Positions 52,134 through 64,000 of a stretch of DNA of 64,000 bases are shown one piece after another. Every line of letters starts with the position of its first letter. The first letter of the stretch is position 1. This DNA comes from Eledone cirrhosa. Lineage: Eukaryota. The notes beneath the pieces were generated by a model. That model saw only the letters and a list, made by a program, of their open reading frames with translations. It was not told the DNA's origin and made no database searches. Location: assembly GCA_964016885.1 (NCBI GenBank), contig OZ024742.1:41602001-41666000 (forward strand). Reading direction: 5' to 3'. A program made the translations under genes and the position numbers.

Positions 52134-53053
52134 CGTTTCTGAATTTCTGAAGGTGGATTGGCTTGCGGGTTTGGAGGGGCCCTAGATGGACATAGACTTG
52201 GTGTTAGGGTGGTGGAGAGACCAGGTGCCTCCATGGAGGGACTTATTGGCGATGCATGCCCTTTTCGGGGACCTCCCTGTGTGGATGGGGAATGTGTGGT
52301 CTGTGGACTGGGCCCCCGTATTGACTGTGGGAGTGGAGATGTAATATATGGCGTGGGATGTGCTGGGGGGCGGTGTGGGGATGGGAGTGTGGTGTTCGTG
52401 GGTGGGACGGCTCGTGGTGTGGGAGAGCGGTTGGATGAGCACTGGCGAGAGCTTCAGGGTGGGGGTGGGGGGATCATCAATGCTCCACCAACATGCTAAA
52501 ATAGAACATAAGGGCAAATTAGAGAACATAGAAATAAAAATAGAATCTACACACAGAAAAGACGCAATGTTTAGACAAATTACAGAGGCAATAAACATAA
52601 ATGAACTCCAACCAAAATTAAATAGAAAACATGAATGGAATAGCAACATCACAACTTACAATTAAGGACAAAATGAAAACACACTCACACATAGAACAAA
52701 CAACCAACCAGTAACATGTAAATAAACAAATAAATAAAAAAATATAAACACACACAGACACCCGGATGTAACATGCGCAAACTAAGCCCGCAACACACAC
52801 AACAACAAGATGGTGTAGGACAGAACAAAGGAGAGGCACAAAAACAAAGAAAAGAAACCCCAGTCACTGAAGAGGTCACAGAATGTGTGACGAAAGAACG
52901 TTGACAATATATGAACAACCGTCCGGTTATGGAACCAACCAACCAACCGGAAATTTATAAATTCTTAAATTTATAAATTTAATTTATAATAAATTGGAGT
53001 GAAAGCAACTGGTGCGTGTGGTTTTTATTGGCAACATGACCCTCCCAAAGCAT

Positions 53054-53057
<4 letters not shown>
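52131..53057 (+). mobile_element. Penelope-like element 3' part in (TA)n, with an A-to-G hypermutated 5' third
   Basis: 52476-53057 is close to 14725-15300; upstream GIY-YIG skeleton VIY.V.C....C......FVGGT.R...ERLDEHW is recognisable but G-saturated. Confidence 0.9.
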
Positions 53058-53130
<73 letters not shown>

Positions 53131-53170
53131 AAATATTAAAACAATCAAATCTTAGTTTAATACATTTATT

Positions 53171-53217
53171 TGCTGACAATTGTTTCTTCCAGAGGGATGT
53201 CTGGATTCATCGGAGCA
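53171..53217 (-). ncRNA. Minimal hammerhead ribozyme motif with one core mismatch
   Basis: TGCT-CCGATGA-ATCCAGA(loop)TCTGGAA-GAAA-CAATTG-TC-AGCA: stems I, II and palindromic III, GUC cleavage triplet; CUGA is CCGA. Confidence 0.65.
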
Positions 53218-53437
53218 TAGGGAATGTTTAAACAGGTGATTAAAATCCTAGTCTTCAGAACATTTAGGTAGATACATAACTGTTGTCAGTGTCATAGACA
53301 TCATATAGAAAATCGGCAGTTATAAAAGAATGTTATGCTTCAGAAAACACAATTACAAGGAGCAATGGTGAAAATTGAAAAATAAGCATATTATGTATAA
53401 AGGTATTGTTTAAGGTAATATATATATATATATATGG

Positions 53438-53840
53438 TATTAGCATTGGTGCTCTGAAATAGCGATGTATACATGAATGTATGTATAGTATATTTGGCAA
53501 TATACTGTATGTTTAATTAAAAACATTTAGAAAACCATTCGCTATGAGTTTTAAAGTAGTGACTATGTCACTTACTTATTCTCGGCAAAAACAACAGAGA
53601 GCGGCCGACAGACAGTCTGTTTCTCGCTTGTGAGCGTTTATCAAGACCACACACTCAGTTGCCTTTGCTGAGAATTATAGAGGCTGGATTCTTATAGAAT
53701 TCCAGTAATAATCAGGGGCTGATTAAACAGAGCGATTGCCGGTCCAGCAAAAATTAGATATTAGTATTGGTCCTCTGAAATAGAGATGTATACATGAATG
53801 TATGTATAGTATATTTGGCAATATACTGTATGTTTGATTA
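53438..53840. repeat. ~80-bp direct repeat pair flanking a degenerate hammerhead (pLTR-like)
   Basis: 53438-53519 matches 53759-53840; minus-strand GGTC-TTGATAA-ACGCT..AGCGA-GAAA-CAGACTGTCTG-TC-GGCC at about 53604-53648. Confidence 0.6.
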
Positions 53841-53879
53841 TTATTATTACTGGAATTTAATTATTATTATTACTAGGTG

Positions 53880-56717
53880 AGATGGGGCAATGGGTGACAC
53901 CTGCGGCTCTCTCAACCCTCACAACCCAATAACGTATGTATGACGAGATGAGTAAAGGCCTCCTCTTAATAAGCCTTGTCGTCGTGGGTTTGACAAAGTA
54001 CCAGATTGATGACTGGCGCGAATAAGACCACTGAAACTGAATCTGAAATATGATGAGGAAAACAAATAAAAGCCATCTTTCGCGCGGGTTAACAAGGGAC
54101 ATGTCCAGGCATTAGGTAGAGGGACCTGTTCGAAAAATATATTGCAGTTACCATTTCATGCCACAAAAAATAGTGATGGGCCTGCGACCAGTCCTGGGAA
54201 GCGTGGGATGGACGCACAAAGGTTGCGTATCCCGAGACCCCAAAGAGGGTCCGGAAGGGAGCAAACATTGACAGTGGGAACCTGGAGCATCACAACTCTT
54301 ACAGGTAAGGAGCAGGAACTACTGGAGGAGGCTAGATGCTACCGACTAGATATAGTCGGGGTTTCCTTAACAAAGTTCCGTGGCTCTGATACTGTAGATT
54401 TGGATGGAGGATGGAAACTCCACTATTCAGGTGCTGCGTCAGAAATGACTGCACAGGCGGGATTGGGGATACTCCGGCTGTCATAATGTGTTATGGACTT
54501 GATCCCATTAAGAGGGAGGATTTGCCTCTTGAAGTTTAGGCTGAAATATAGGTCTCTGTGGGTGGTGCAAGTTTATGCACCAAACAATGAGTCCGAATAC
54601 AGGTCCTTCCTTGAAGTCACTGCAGCGTTAAATGTAGTTAAGACTGAATCATAAACCCTGATGGGCGACTTCAATGCACATGTTGGCACTGATCACTTGA
54701 CATGGAAAGGAGTGATTGGGAGTATTGACGACCCCGATCTAAATACGAATGGAGAGGTCCTACTAGACTTCTGTTCTAACCATGGACTCTCTATTATGAA
54801 CACCTTTTTCCAGCACAGAGACATCCATAGATATACATAGTATAAGGGTAATTGATTTTGTTATTGTCTCTGATCTCTTTGATTCTCTGCTGGTATGTGG
54901 ATACTATTGCATCCAAATTCAGAGAACTCCCTGAGGAAACTGACGACATTGAGACAGAGTGGAGATTGTTCAGCGCAGCAGTTTCTGCTTCAACTGTTAA
55001 ATGCTGCGGGCGAAAGAAGCTTTGTGTGGCGCTGGATGGCAAGAAGACTCCTTGGTTCAATCAAGAAGTCAAAGATGCCATCCGAGCTAAAAAGGAGGCT
55101 TACAAAGCTTGGCTTGGAAATAAGTCCTCCTTCTTGCACTTGCGGTACATGCAGGCACGAAAAATCGCTGCAGAGACAGTAAAAGCGTCCGAAGTTTAGT
55201 CAAGGGAGGACTTCGGGGTTAAGCTGGAAACCGACTTCTGATCAGCAAATAAAGTGTTCTGGCAGACCATCCACCGATATCGTAATAAGAAGCCCTCCTC
55301 CACACCTGTTATCAAGAGTGCGTCTGGGGGTTCTCTTCTACTCAGAGAGTGCATCCATTAAATAGGGAAGGTATTCTCTGGTTGATTTGTATGTGCCAGG
55401 AGGCCTGGATCTCTGGAAAGGCAAATAATCATTGGCAATCGGGAGTCATAATTCCAATTTTCAAAAAGAGAAACAAGAGAGATCGATCCAATTACAGAGG
55501 GATCTCCTTGTTAAGCATCCCCAGTAAAGTCTATGCTAAGTGTCTGGTAAAGAGATGCAGGGAGATTGTCAAGTCCAAGCTAACTGATGAACAGCGTGAT
55601 TTTCGCCCCGGAGGCAGCTCAGCCGACCAAATATTCACACTGCGGCAGGTATTCAAAAAATCATGGAAGTATTATCAAGAGGTATATTCTTGTTTTATAG
55701 ACATTAAAAAGGCATATGACCGCGTTTTTCAGGACCTGCTGTGGAATGTTGTGCAGGAGTATGGGATTCTTGTTGCCCTGCTGTCTCTATATTTGTCCGA
55801 GTATTTGTGTTCGGTTAATGGCGCTAAATCGAAACAATTCAATGTGAGAGTTGGACTCCACCAAGGGGCGTACTGTCACCTCTCCTGTTTTATTTACATG
55901 AACAGGATTGACATGCGCAGCTGGGTTTGAAGTGGTGGCTTGACTGGCGGGTATAAAATCAGTCGGCTGGAATTTGCAGATGCCATGGTGACACTTAACT
56001 CGGCAGATGATGATCTTCGACTTGCACTCGATAGGTTTGATGCCGAGTGCTGCATGACTGGAATGAAAACTAGTGCTGCAAAAACTAAGACATTCGTCCT
56101 CTCAAGGAAGCCTGCGCTGTGCACTATACATGTGAATGGAGTTCCACTGAAGCAGATAGAGAAGTTGAAATATCTCGGGGCCGTGTTCACGTGCCAACCT
56201 TCACCTATGGTCATGAATTTTGGATAATGACCGAATGAATACGATCGTGAATACAAGCGGCTGAAATGGGATTCCTCTGGGTCTTTGGAGTAACATTACT
56301 CGATAAAGTGCGAAACTCCAGGCAGAGTCGCTACTTCTGCGAATTGGGAGACCACAACTCCGATACTATACTATAGGCGTGTGGTTAGAATGTTACAGGA
56401 AAAATCGCTGGACAGATTTTACGGGCAAAACCAGCCGGCAAAGACCCAGCGGTGGACTCCGAGCAAGATGGTTGGATAACATTCATGAGCTTGGCTGGTC
56501 ACGCTTGGGGATCCAACCGGATCAGTTGGAGACGGTTGCTACTGACAGGACCCGTTGAAAAGAGTGTTTGAGGACTCTGCCCCCACGACCCTCTGAAGAA
56601 GAAGAAGAAGAAGAAGAAGAAGAAGAAGAAGAAGAAGAAGAAGAAGAAGAAGAAGAAGAAGAAGAAGAAGAAGAAGAAGAAGAAGAAGAAGAAGAAGAAG
56701 AAGAAGAAGAAGAAGAA
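53880..56717 (+). mobile_element. Degenerate RTE-clade LINE (APE + RT) with (GAA)n tail
   Basis: LTVGTWSITTLTGKEQEL...[45 protein letters not shown]-like; (GAA)n at 56595-56717. Confidence 0.9.
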
Positions 56718-57389
56718 GCGTTTTTAGTACCTTTCAACAAAATATTGTCGATTTTTTTTGTGCACGATTGACACTAATATATTGCCTTTACCCTTGAAAA
56801 AATAGCGACGCTCAATCTAACAACACAGTTTTGTTATTTAGCTGTTGGACACAACCACAGACAAGAATTTTTTTTTTTTGGGGGGGGGGGGGTTACCAAC
56901 CGTTTGTTCAGATGCGTTGATATTGTCATAACCAAATCAGAAGCAGACTGGTCTCACATGAAAGGCCATTGACATTATATAAAAATAATTAAGCAGTATC
57001 TAATAAAAACAAAACACATTATTAAAGAAAACAGGAAAAGAAGAAAAAAGAAAATGGAAAGGGGAGGGACAGTCACTAGACCCCAGACTGAGCGGTGCCT
57101 CAGCTGAGCGCCGCGGTAAGAACCCAGCAAAAGCTTTACCGGGGAAAATGGCCAGATACACCCGCTACAGCAGCCACGGGGGCTCCCGCCTCAAGCGGGT
57201 CATCGTTTTTCCGACTTTATGAAGGAAAACAGCAGTTTGCGGACAAAGGACGCTAGAGGTCTCGACGGTGACCGGTGCAAAGAGGGAGTGGTTGGTCAGA
57301 CCCCGGTAGTTGACTATCATCATCTCCTCCGCGTTGTGAGCAGAAGGGCCCTGGTTTGTGGCCGAAGCGACAAGTCTGGATGTGGAAAA

Positions 57390-57960
57390 TCCATCGCTGC
57401 ATGTCGCGTCCCAAATTAAGGATTTGACCCCTCGAAAGGGTAGAAGGTTGATCCGTCGGGGCGCTTGCTATCGCGACGGTCGAAGCCAGCCGGTCCCAAT
57501 TGTGAAGGGAAACCGGCTGTGTTAAGGCCCTTTCTGATATCGTTGAGAGCAGTGTGACAGGGGAACTGACCTGCAAAAACGTAGCAAGATAACAGATGCA
57601 GACCGAACTCGTCGACCATTGCTGTACAGCGACATCTGTGTGGCTCACACACGCGGAGGAATCCAAGGCCCTGTGTCACACCAATGCGGGTGCATACTCC
57701 ATCAAGAAGGGTACGGGTTGGTGAGGAAGGAACCGAATGGAGCCAAGCGCCACTATTTGGTTATGAGGCGGAGAGTAGACAGGCGAAACGGTGTTGGTCC
57801 GAGGAAGACTCGATCCGCTGAAGGTAGACACACACTTAACGTTGTCCCAGTTACGTTGGACATTGGTACACTGGGGGACGGCAAGGGCTTCGTCGGTTCA
57901 ATCAGCCAGGACTGACTCCAGTTCCTGGGTCATGTCAGGTTCTGTCGGTAGACTGTTTAC
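57390..57960 (-). mobile_element. CRE-clade fragment
   Basis: C.C...VDEFGLHLLSC...HTALNDIRKGLNTAGFPSQLGPAGFDRRDSKRPDG. Confidence 0.75.
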
Positions 57961-58194
57961 ACAGGCATGTGCTGAAGTTAGTGACATTAGACTAGGTACC
58001 CAAAAAAAATTTAAGCAGCTGAAAAAAATCTCACACCGCTGGACAAAGATTGAAACGAAAATGGAATGCGCATTAAGTGAACAGTAAAAACACGCTCCTA
58101 CCGCTCCTCAGTCAGTGTCGTCAGGTAGCCAAGTCGGTTTTCTGACCTCTAGAAATATGATCAGTCAGGTTGTATCCATTTCATACATTATATT

Positions 58195-59790
58195 CTGAGT
58201 CATCCTCAAAATTGACCTCAAGAACGCATTCAACTCCGTCAGCCGCGATGACGTCCTCAGCTCAGTAAGAAAGGAGGTCCCACAACTCTACCACTTTGCT
58301 TGGCAGGCTTATCGAGAGCCCTCCTACCTCTCTTTTGGTGAGCAAATCATCACCTCTGCCTCAGGAGTCTAATAGGGTGACCCACTCGAGCCTGCTCTGT
58401 TTGTACTGGGCATTGATGACATCACCAATATGGTATCTCGACGACGCTTGTTTGGGGGGACCTCCGGATAAGATTCTTGCGACTGCTAACAAAATGATTG
58501 AAGAGCTTGGCCGTCGGCGTCTCCAGGTCAATAGCTCCAAATGTGAGCTCTAGATCCTCCACCTAGCTTCTCAACATCAACAGACAATTGACCTGTTTAC
58601 AGAGTCCTTCCCTTCCATTTCGGTCCCTACCCCATCGGTTTGGTGCTCCTTAGGAGCCTCAATTACAAACCTTGCCTTCGAGTCAATCTTCCAATCGAAG
58701 ATGGTTTGCCTTGAGCAACTGCTGAAGAATATTGAAGTAATCGAACCCCATCAACGTTTTTCATACTCAGAAACTACCTTTCGATTCCTAAGCTTCTATA
58801 TATGCTCAGGGTCAACCTTTCTCACATATTTCCGTCATGCCTCCAACGCTTCGACGGCCTAATCTTCGAGAGACTCGAGAGCTTGGTCAATGTCAGACTC
58901 TCTCCAGAGTCCCGCGATCAGGCTGCGTTGCCCAAGCGATTCGGCGTCTTGGTCTTCGTAAATATTTGTCCCCTTCTCTCCCTTGCTACCTTTCCTCCAC
59001 CCACGCTTGCTCCACCTTGGTGAGCAGCATCCTCTCCTCTACAACATGGACTAGTTCCAACAGGAAGTTGGATGAAGCTCTCCAAAGATGGAGTGAGTTG
59101 GGCTTGTCTGTTCTTGACAAGGTGGAGGACAGACGATGTCAGAGAGCTTATGGCAGCATAAATTTGAATCCCTCTTCGACCAGTCGGATCAGTTTTCAAG
59201 GTGCCGCTTACTATCTGCCAGCGCCAAATACTGACTGGGTTGATGTCCTACCCGTGGCTAACGTTGGTGGTCTACTCAGATTGGACGAACTTCGAATCTC
59301 CATTGCCCTCAGAGTGGGAGCCGATGTCTGTACAGGTCTGAGGTGTCGATGTGGCATGCTCCTCGATTCCACAGGCTTCCATGGTCTTTCTTGCCGCCTC
59401 AATACCGGTCGCTTCACGCATCACATGGAGCTAAACCTTATTCTCAAGAGAGCTTTGGCCTGGGCAAATATCCACTCAATCTTGTAACCATCTGGGCTGT
59501 CCAGAAGTGATGTGAAAAGACCTGTGCCCCTGATCGGGAGGCAGATGCCTTATCTGGGATGTCATTGTTAGTGACTCTTTTTCTTCTTCCCACATCCTGG
59601 ATGCTGCGGTTAGGGCGGGATCCACAGCTTCCGCAACTGAACGGAACAAAATCCTAAAATACCGTGATCTATCGGCTAACTACATTTTCCAGCCTGTGGC
59701 GTTCGAGACATTTGGGGAGTCGGGCTACTGACTGCGAGATTCCTATCTTCACTGGCGGCTCGCATAACAGAGGTAACTGCAAAAGAGTAC
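58195..59790 (+). mobile_element. Degenerate CRE-clade non-LTR element (RT + REL)
   Basis: LKIDLKNAFNSV, GV.GDPL, WYLDD, LRISIALRVG, CRCG...HGLSC...HMELN, SRSDVKRP, PVAFET. Confidence 0.88.
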
Positions 59791-59870
59791 AGCCATCTCA
59801 GAATACTACTAAGAGCGAATAGGTATATAACCCCATCAAATGCGTGTTTCGGGTTGTTTGGATGGTATAC

Positions 59871-59919
59871 ACGCCTTCTGATGAGAACACAACTAGGTCC
59901 GAAAATTGATTAATGGTGT
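59871..59919 (+). ncRNA. Hammerhead-like motif, partly degenerate
   Basis: ACGCCTT-CTGATGA-GAAC..GTCC-GAAA-ATTGAT-TA-ATGGTGT; boxes intact, mismatches in the stems. Confidence 0.45.
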
Positions 59920-60082
59920 TTATAATTTTTTCAATTTACAGGGAAATTCGTATTTTCTGGCATGTTTACACGTCTATATATTAAAAATGTGTATATTTAT
60001 ATATACACATTGATGCAGTCTCCCTTACCCACTCTGTATATATACATATATATGTCGTACATATATATATATATATATATAT

Positions 60083-60156
<74 letters not shown>

Positions 60157-60160
60157 TGGA

Positions 60161-60231
60161 TCGTCAAGTATGAAATTTGTAGAAATGTAGAAAAAAAGAA
60201 AACAAATTTCTACAAATTTCATACTTGACGA
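60161..60231. repeat. Perfect 26-bp inverted repeat with 19-nt spacer (mini-MITE remnant)
   Basis: TCGTCAAGTATGAAATTTGTAGAAAT and its exact reverse complement. Confidence 0.9.
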
Positions 60232-60929
60232 CCCGTAGTTGCGCGCGCGCGCGCGTATGTGTGTGTGTGTGTATGCGTGTATGTATGTATGTATGTATGT
60301 ATGTATTTAAGAATGAATGAATGCGAAGGAGGAGGATGCATGTTTTATACAAGTAAGACATTCATTGTTGTGACATTCTTTAACCTATCGTCATATTTGT
60401 GTAGGTGTGGTCATGCTTGAATGATCTCAATAATGTCATTGGTATTCCAGGCAACCAATTACATCTCTAATTTACATCCGTCTACAAATCTCCCAAACAG
60501 CTAAACTATGTCATGGTTTCAATTTCTAGTGGAGACCTTAGCCGTATTAACTTAGGGCTGGGCCCCTGGGCTTTCAGGTATTTCGTGCCTCTCTAGCACT
60601 TCCATCTTTCACTCCACTACAATTGACAACCTAGCATTTACGGTATATCTAATTCGCTGTAATGATTTTGTAGAAAATATCTTGACACGAGCCCGTAAAT
60701 TCAAATGTTTAAAGTATGTTTTACTAGGATAACGTTGTAGAGAGGATGACTGACGAGCGTGTAAGGTGGGTGAAGGTGGAAGTAAAATACGACTAGTTAG
60801 TTCAAAGGAGCTGCGGCCGTTTATAGTTATAATATTTCAAATAAACCACACTGCCTACGATTTTCAAATAATTTTGAAAACAATCAATAATTTGGAGAGA
60901 TTGTATAATATGACTAATTTTCACAATAA

Positions 60930-62530
60930 CTAGCAGTGTATCCCGGCGTTGCACGGCTAAGAACATTGGTAATAGCACCTCCAATGAGAAACGTTTATTT
61001 GTGAGTGCCTGTTAAAAACGGACGAAAATATACTGAAAGGAAAGTTGTTATTTGGAGAAAATTAAGAAGTTGAAAGTACAGTTTAGCTGTCTACGTACAT
61101 TGTTCATAGAAATATTGTTGAGCCCCTTCTTTTCATACGCCTTCTGTGACAGTTGTCCCTCGGCGTTTCCACTCTGTTTTGGCCCATTGGAGTAAATGTG
61201 AAAGAGAAAGTCACAGGTTAAGTTGGCAGAAGGTTCCAGTGTCATAGCAGTTATGGCGTAGGCTACTTACCTCAAAAGTTCATTCGCACTCTTTCCACTA
61301 AGTTACTCTTTCTCTCTATCCCTCTCGGTGCAATCCCTTGCGAATTTCTCGCGTAGGCCTGGTGTAGATTTGCACCCGATCCATCTTCCCGATGCACATG
61401 ACCGCTCTCTACGGCTTTTGGAGGAAGGAGTGACCAGCAGTACGTTGTTCGGTATTCGTGAATTGGCAGTATCGGTAGAGGGTCAGACGCCATGCTTTGA
61501 CGCATAGAGTTACGGCCCTTGCCATTCTGAGTTCAAATCCCGCCGAGGTTAACTTTGCCTTTCATCCTTACGGGGGTCTATAAAATAAAGTACCAGTAAT
61601 GCACTGGGATAATTGCTGGCCTTGTGCCAAAAGTAGAAACAATTATTATGAAAAGGTGTAGCAGAGAATCCCGCGTGAACTAACAGCTCGAGAGGAAACT
61701 GCTTACCTCGAAGATTCATTCGCCATCGTTCTTGTCAACGCTCCGTTTAGTTGGTATTTGTTGGTCTACAGTTAGATGAATGGCCCACAAAGGGTTAATG
61801 TTTATTGGCAAGAAGTTTTTTGATTAATAAAAGACGGGTTAAAGCAACCTACAATGTATCATTCTGCGTTGATGTTAGCGGTTTTCGTTATTGTCAATGG
61901 GTTTTTTGGACGGCAAATTCGAGACCCTTCTGTTTCTTCCTAAAAAAACTGACTACTATGAAGACCATTCCATGTTGTCTTTCGGATGGAAATGCAGAAC
62001 GCAAAGGTGAAAGTTCAGTGGTAATGGAAGTCCTATGTAGCAGCAGTAACATTGACATTGCTTACACCCTTAACGGGATCTTCTGAAACTAAAAAATCAA
62101 TCTGTGAAGTAAATATTTCGAAAAACGTTGCAACCGAAGGAAAACAGGAAGACGATAGTTTGGTTCGTGAAGACGTTCCCTGGCAATGAACGGAAAATAG
62201 CGAAGAAAATACGTCATCAATGAGAACAATGTTTGTCATAATGTCGTAATGCAGACAACCAGACATACAGATATTATAAGGGCACGACGTTATAGCTATG
62301 TATCTACTAAGAAAGACAGAGAGATCGATAACCGGCGCCTAACACCCCTTTAACAACAGAAAATTGAAAAATAAAAGCTGCAGTTAATATCTTTAGACCA
62401 CAAGGAATATATAAATGCAAGTTTGGAATCAATCGGAGTAGAAATGTGGATTTGTATAGACTTTTCAAAAATTAGGACACACACACACAACACAGACAAT
62501 TTCAGTTTTATACACGTATATGTATAGATA
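60930..62530 (-). mobile_element. Putative non-autonomous Helitron carrying a SINE (61460-61650) and a PLE pLTR piece (61655-62240)
   Basis: 3' end on minus strand: ccgtgcaacgccgg hairpin then CTAG|T at 60930; 5'-type end at 62250-62530. Linking the two ends is inference. Confidence 0.5.
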
Positions 62531-62559
62531 CAGCTAATATAGACACAAATGTTCACTCA

Positions 62560-62830
62560 TGCGAAGACGACATATACATCTCAAAAAGACATGATGGAGT
62601 AAATAGAACAAGATGAGAACAAAGATGTGACCCAGGGGAGCAAGAATAGTCATCGAGAAGATCACATGATGTGTGACGAAAGAGCTTTGACCATTGACAG
62701 TTAAACAACCACCCAGTTACTAAACTAACTGATGAATGGATTAGTAACTCAACTAATAATAAACTGAAGTGAAACTCAACTGGTGCGAATGTTTTTATTG
62801 GCCGCATGGCCCTCCCAAAGTATAGCAATA
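62560..62830 (+). mobile_element. Diverged pLTR of the PLE family seen at 14.7 and 52.5 kb
   Basis: Shared gtgtgacgaaag..ctttgac and tttttattggc..catg.ccctcccaaag motifs. Confidence 0.75.
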
Positions 62831-63149
62831 TCTGTTTCAACACACGTTTTCAGACTGAGAATCTTGCAAAACAAATACAAAAATACAGTAACTTTCTTGT
62901 TATTAAGCTGGTGTTTGGAACACAACTTAACAAAGTTTCTTGCATAAAATAATAATGGGAGAATTTTAGCCAAATACAAACACTTGAAAACAATTTCGTA
63001 TTGTAGTAGCACCCGTCTTTGTCCTGTGTAAAGGCGACCCCTTAATATTTGGGCCTTTGGGCCCAAATATTTGAGCATTATTTTTTTTTTTTATTTCCTT
63101 TCCTAAAAAATAAAAACATGGAAGAGACACCCCGCTCTCGTTAAGTCGC

Positions 63150-64000
63150 TGTCAAATGACAGCGACTTAAACCATTGCAAACACCACATAGGCCAGTATC
63201 ACCAACAGCAGCATCAACAATAACAACGACAGTAAAAACACCGACAACAACAATAGCGACATCAACACCACCAACAAAAACAACGACAATAACAACACCG
63301 ACAACAACAACAATAGCGACAACAACACCAACAACAAAAACAACGACAATAACAACAACACCGCCAACAGCAGCAATAACGACAACAACACCGACAACAA
63401 CAATAACGACAACACCACCAACAGCAGCAGTAACGACAACACCATCGACAACAACAACAACGGTAGTAACAACACCACCGACAACAACAACAATAACGAC
63501 AACACCGACAACAGCAGCAAAAAGCCGAGACAGCCTCTGAAGGACATGTAGAGGCTGCGCTGAAATGCATCAATAATGACAGAATATAGCAAGGACCAAG
63601 CAATTTGGGATCATCTTGGTGCTCTTCAAAACTGAGGCCCTTGCTATAAAGCATTCTGAAGTTCCCTGCAAAACGGACCAAATAATTATGTACCCGTCCG
63701 ACATGGGGAGGAGGACAGTAAAGCTCCGTGATCCCAACATTCCGCCGGAACTGGATTTATGGTGGCTCCTGGGATACGTGGTGGAAGAGGACTCTGACAC
63801 CCTCCTCGACGTCAAATTTACAAAAGAGGGAGAGGTGGTCCGGGATTGGTTTGGAGATTCTCCTCCAAATCAGACCCAGAAACGAAATCCAGGTAGCCAC
63901 GGAAGGCAAACGACCGTACTGTTTCGTTTATGGTGAAGCCACACACCTGCGAGCCTTTTGTCCTCAACTGAAAACTGCAGGAAACCACAAACCCCCGTTG
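63150..64000 (+). mobile_element. Degenerate Tx1-like ORF1 running off the window, with a Thr-rich tandem repeat (63200-63515)
   Basis: NIPPELDLWWLLG and GEATHLRAFCP parallel the other ORF1s. Confidence 0.65.

Noticed and set aside
52158-52499. Novel Gly/Cys-rich protein ORF
   Set aside because: Better explained as a hypermutated PLE GIY-YIG domain.
63167-63681. Mucin-like Thr-rich, Leu-rich and Cys-rich ORFs
   Set aside because: (ACA)-based tandem repeat at the N-terminus of a decayed LINE ORF1, like the Asn/Thr tracts in the other ORF1s.

Overview
Eukaryotic (animal) genomic DNA, very repeat-rich; the SINE/LINE/microsatellite complement suggests a cephalopod such as octopus (inference). 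One host gene spans most of the window: a + strand PNT(SAM)-ETS transcription factor of the EHF/ELF3/ELF5 type. I assembled it by hand from 8 phase-compatible GT-AG exons (1617-51761, about 433 aa); its post-recognition-helix/wing region is unusually divergent. Introns and flanks are filled with L1/Tx1-like LINEs (two near-full-length), R4/Dong, RTE, CRE and Penelope-like elements (PLEs, several with minimal hammerhead ribozymes and fold-back ends), tRNA-derived SINEs, a Gypsy integrase fragment, Helitron ends and MITEs. Most notable: (1) a PLE endonuclease segment (52150-52472) that looks massively A-to-G hypermutated, as if an ADAR-hyperedited RNA was reverse-transcribed into the genome, with an unedited sister copy in the same window; (2) Tx1-like subfamilies that appear to target (ATCT)n versus (ATT)n microsatellites; (3) conserved RNA motifs in the Tx1 5' UTR and ORF1-ORF2 junction. 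Most ORFs in the six-frame track are microsatellite or antisense artefacts. All alignments were done by eye.
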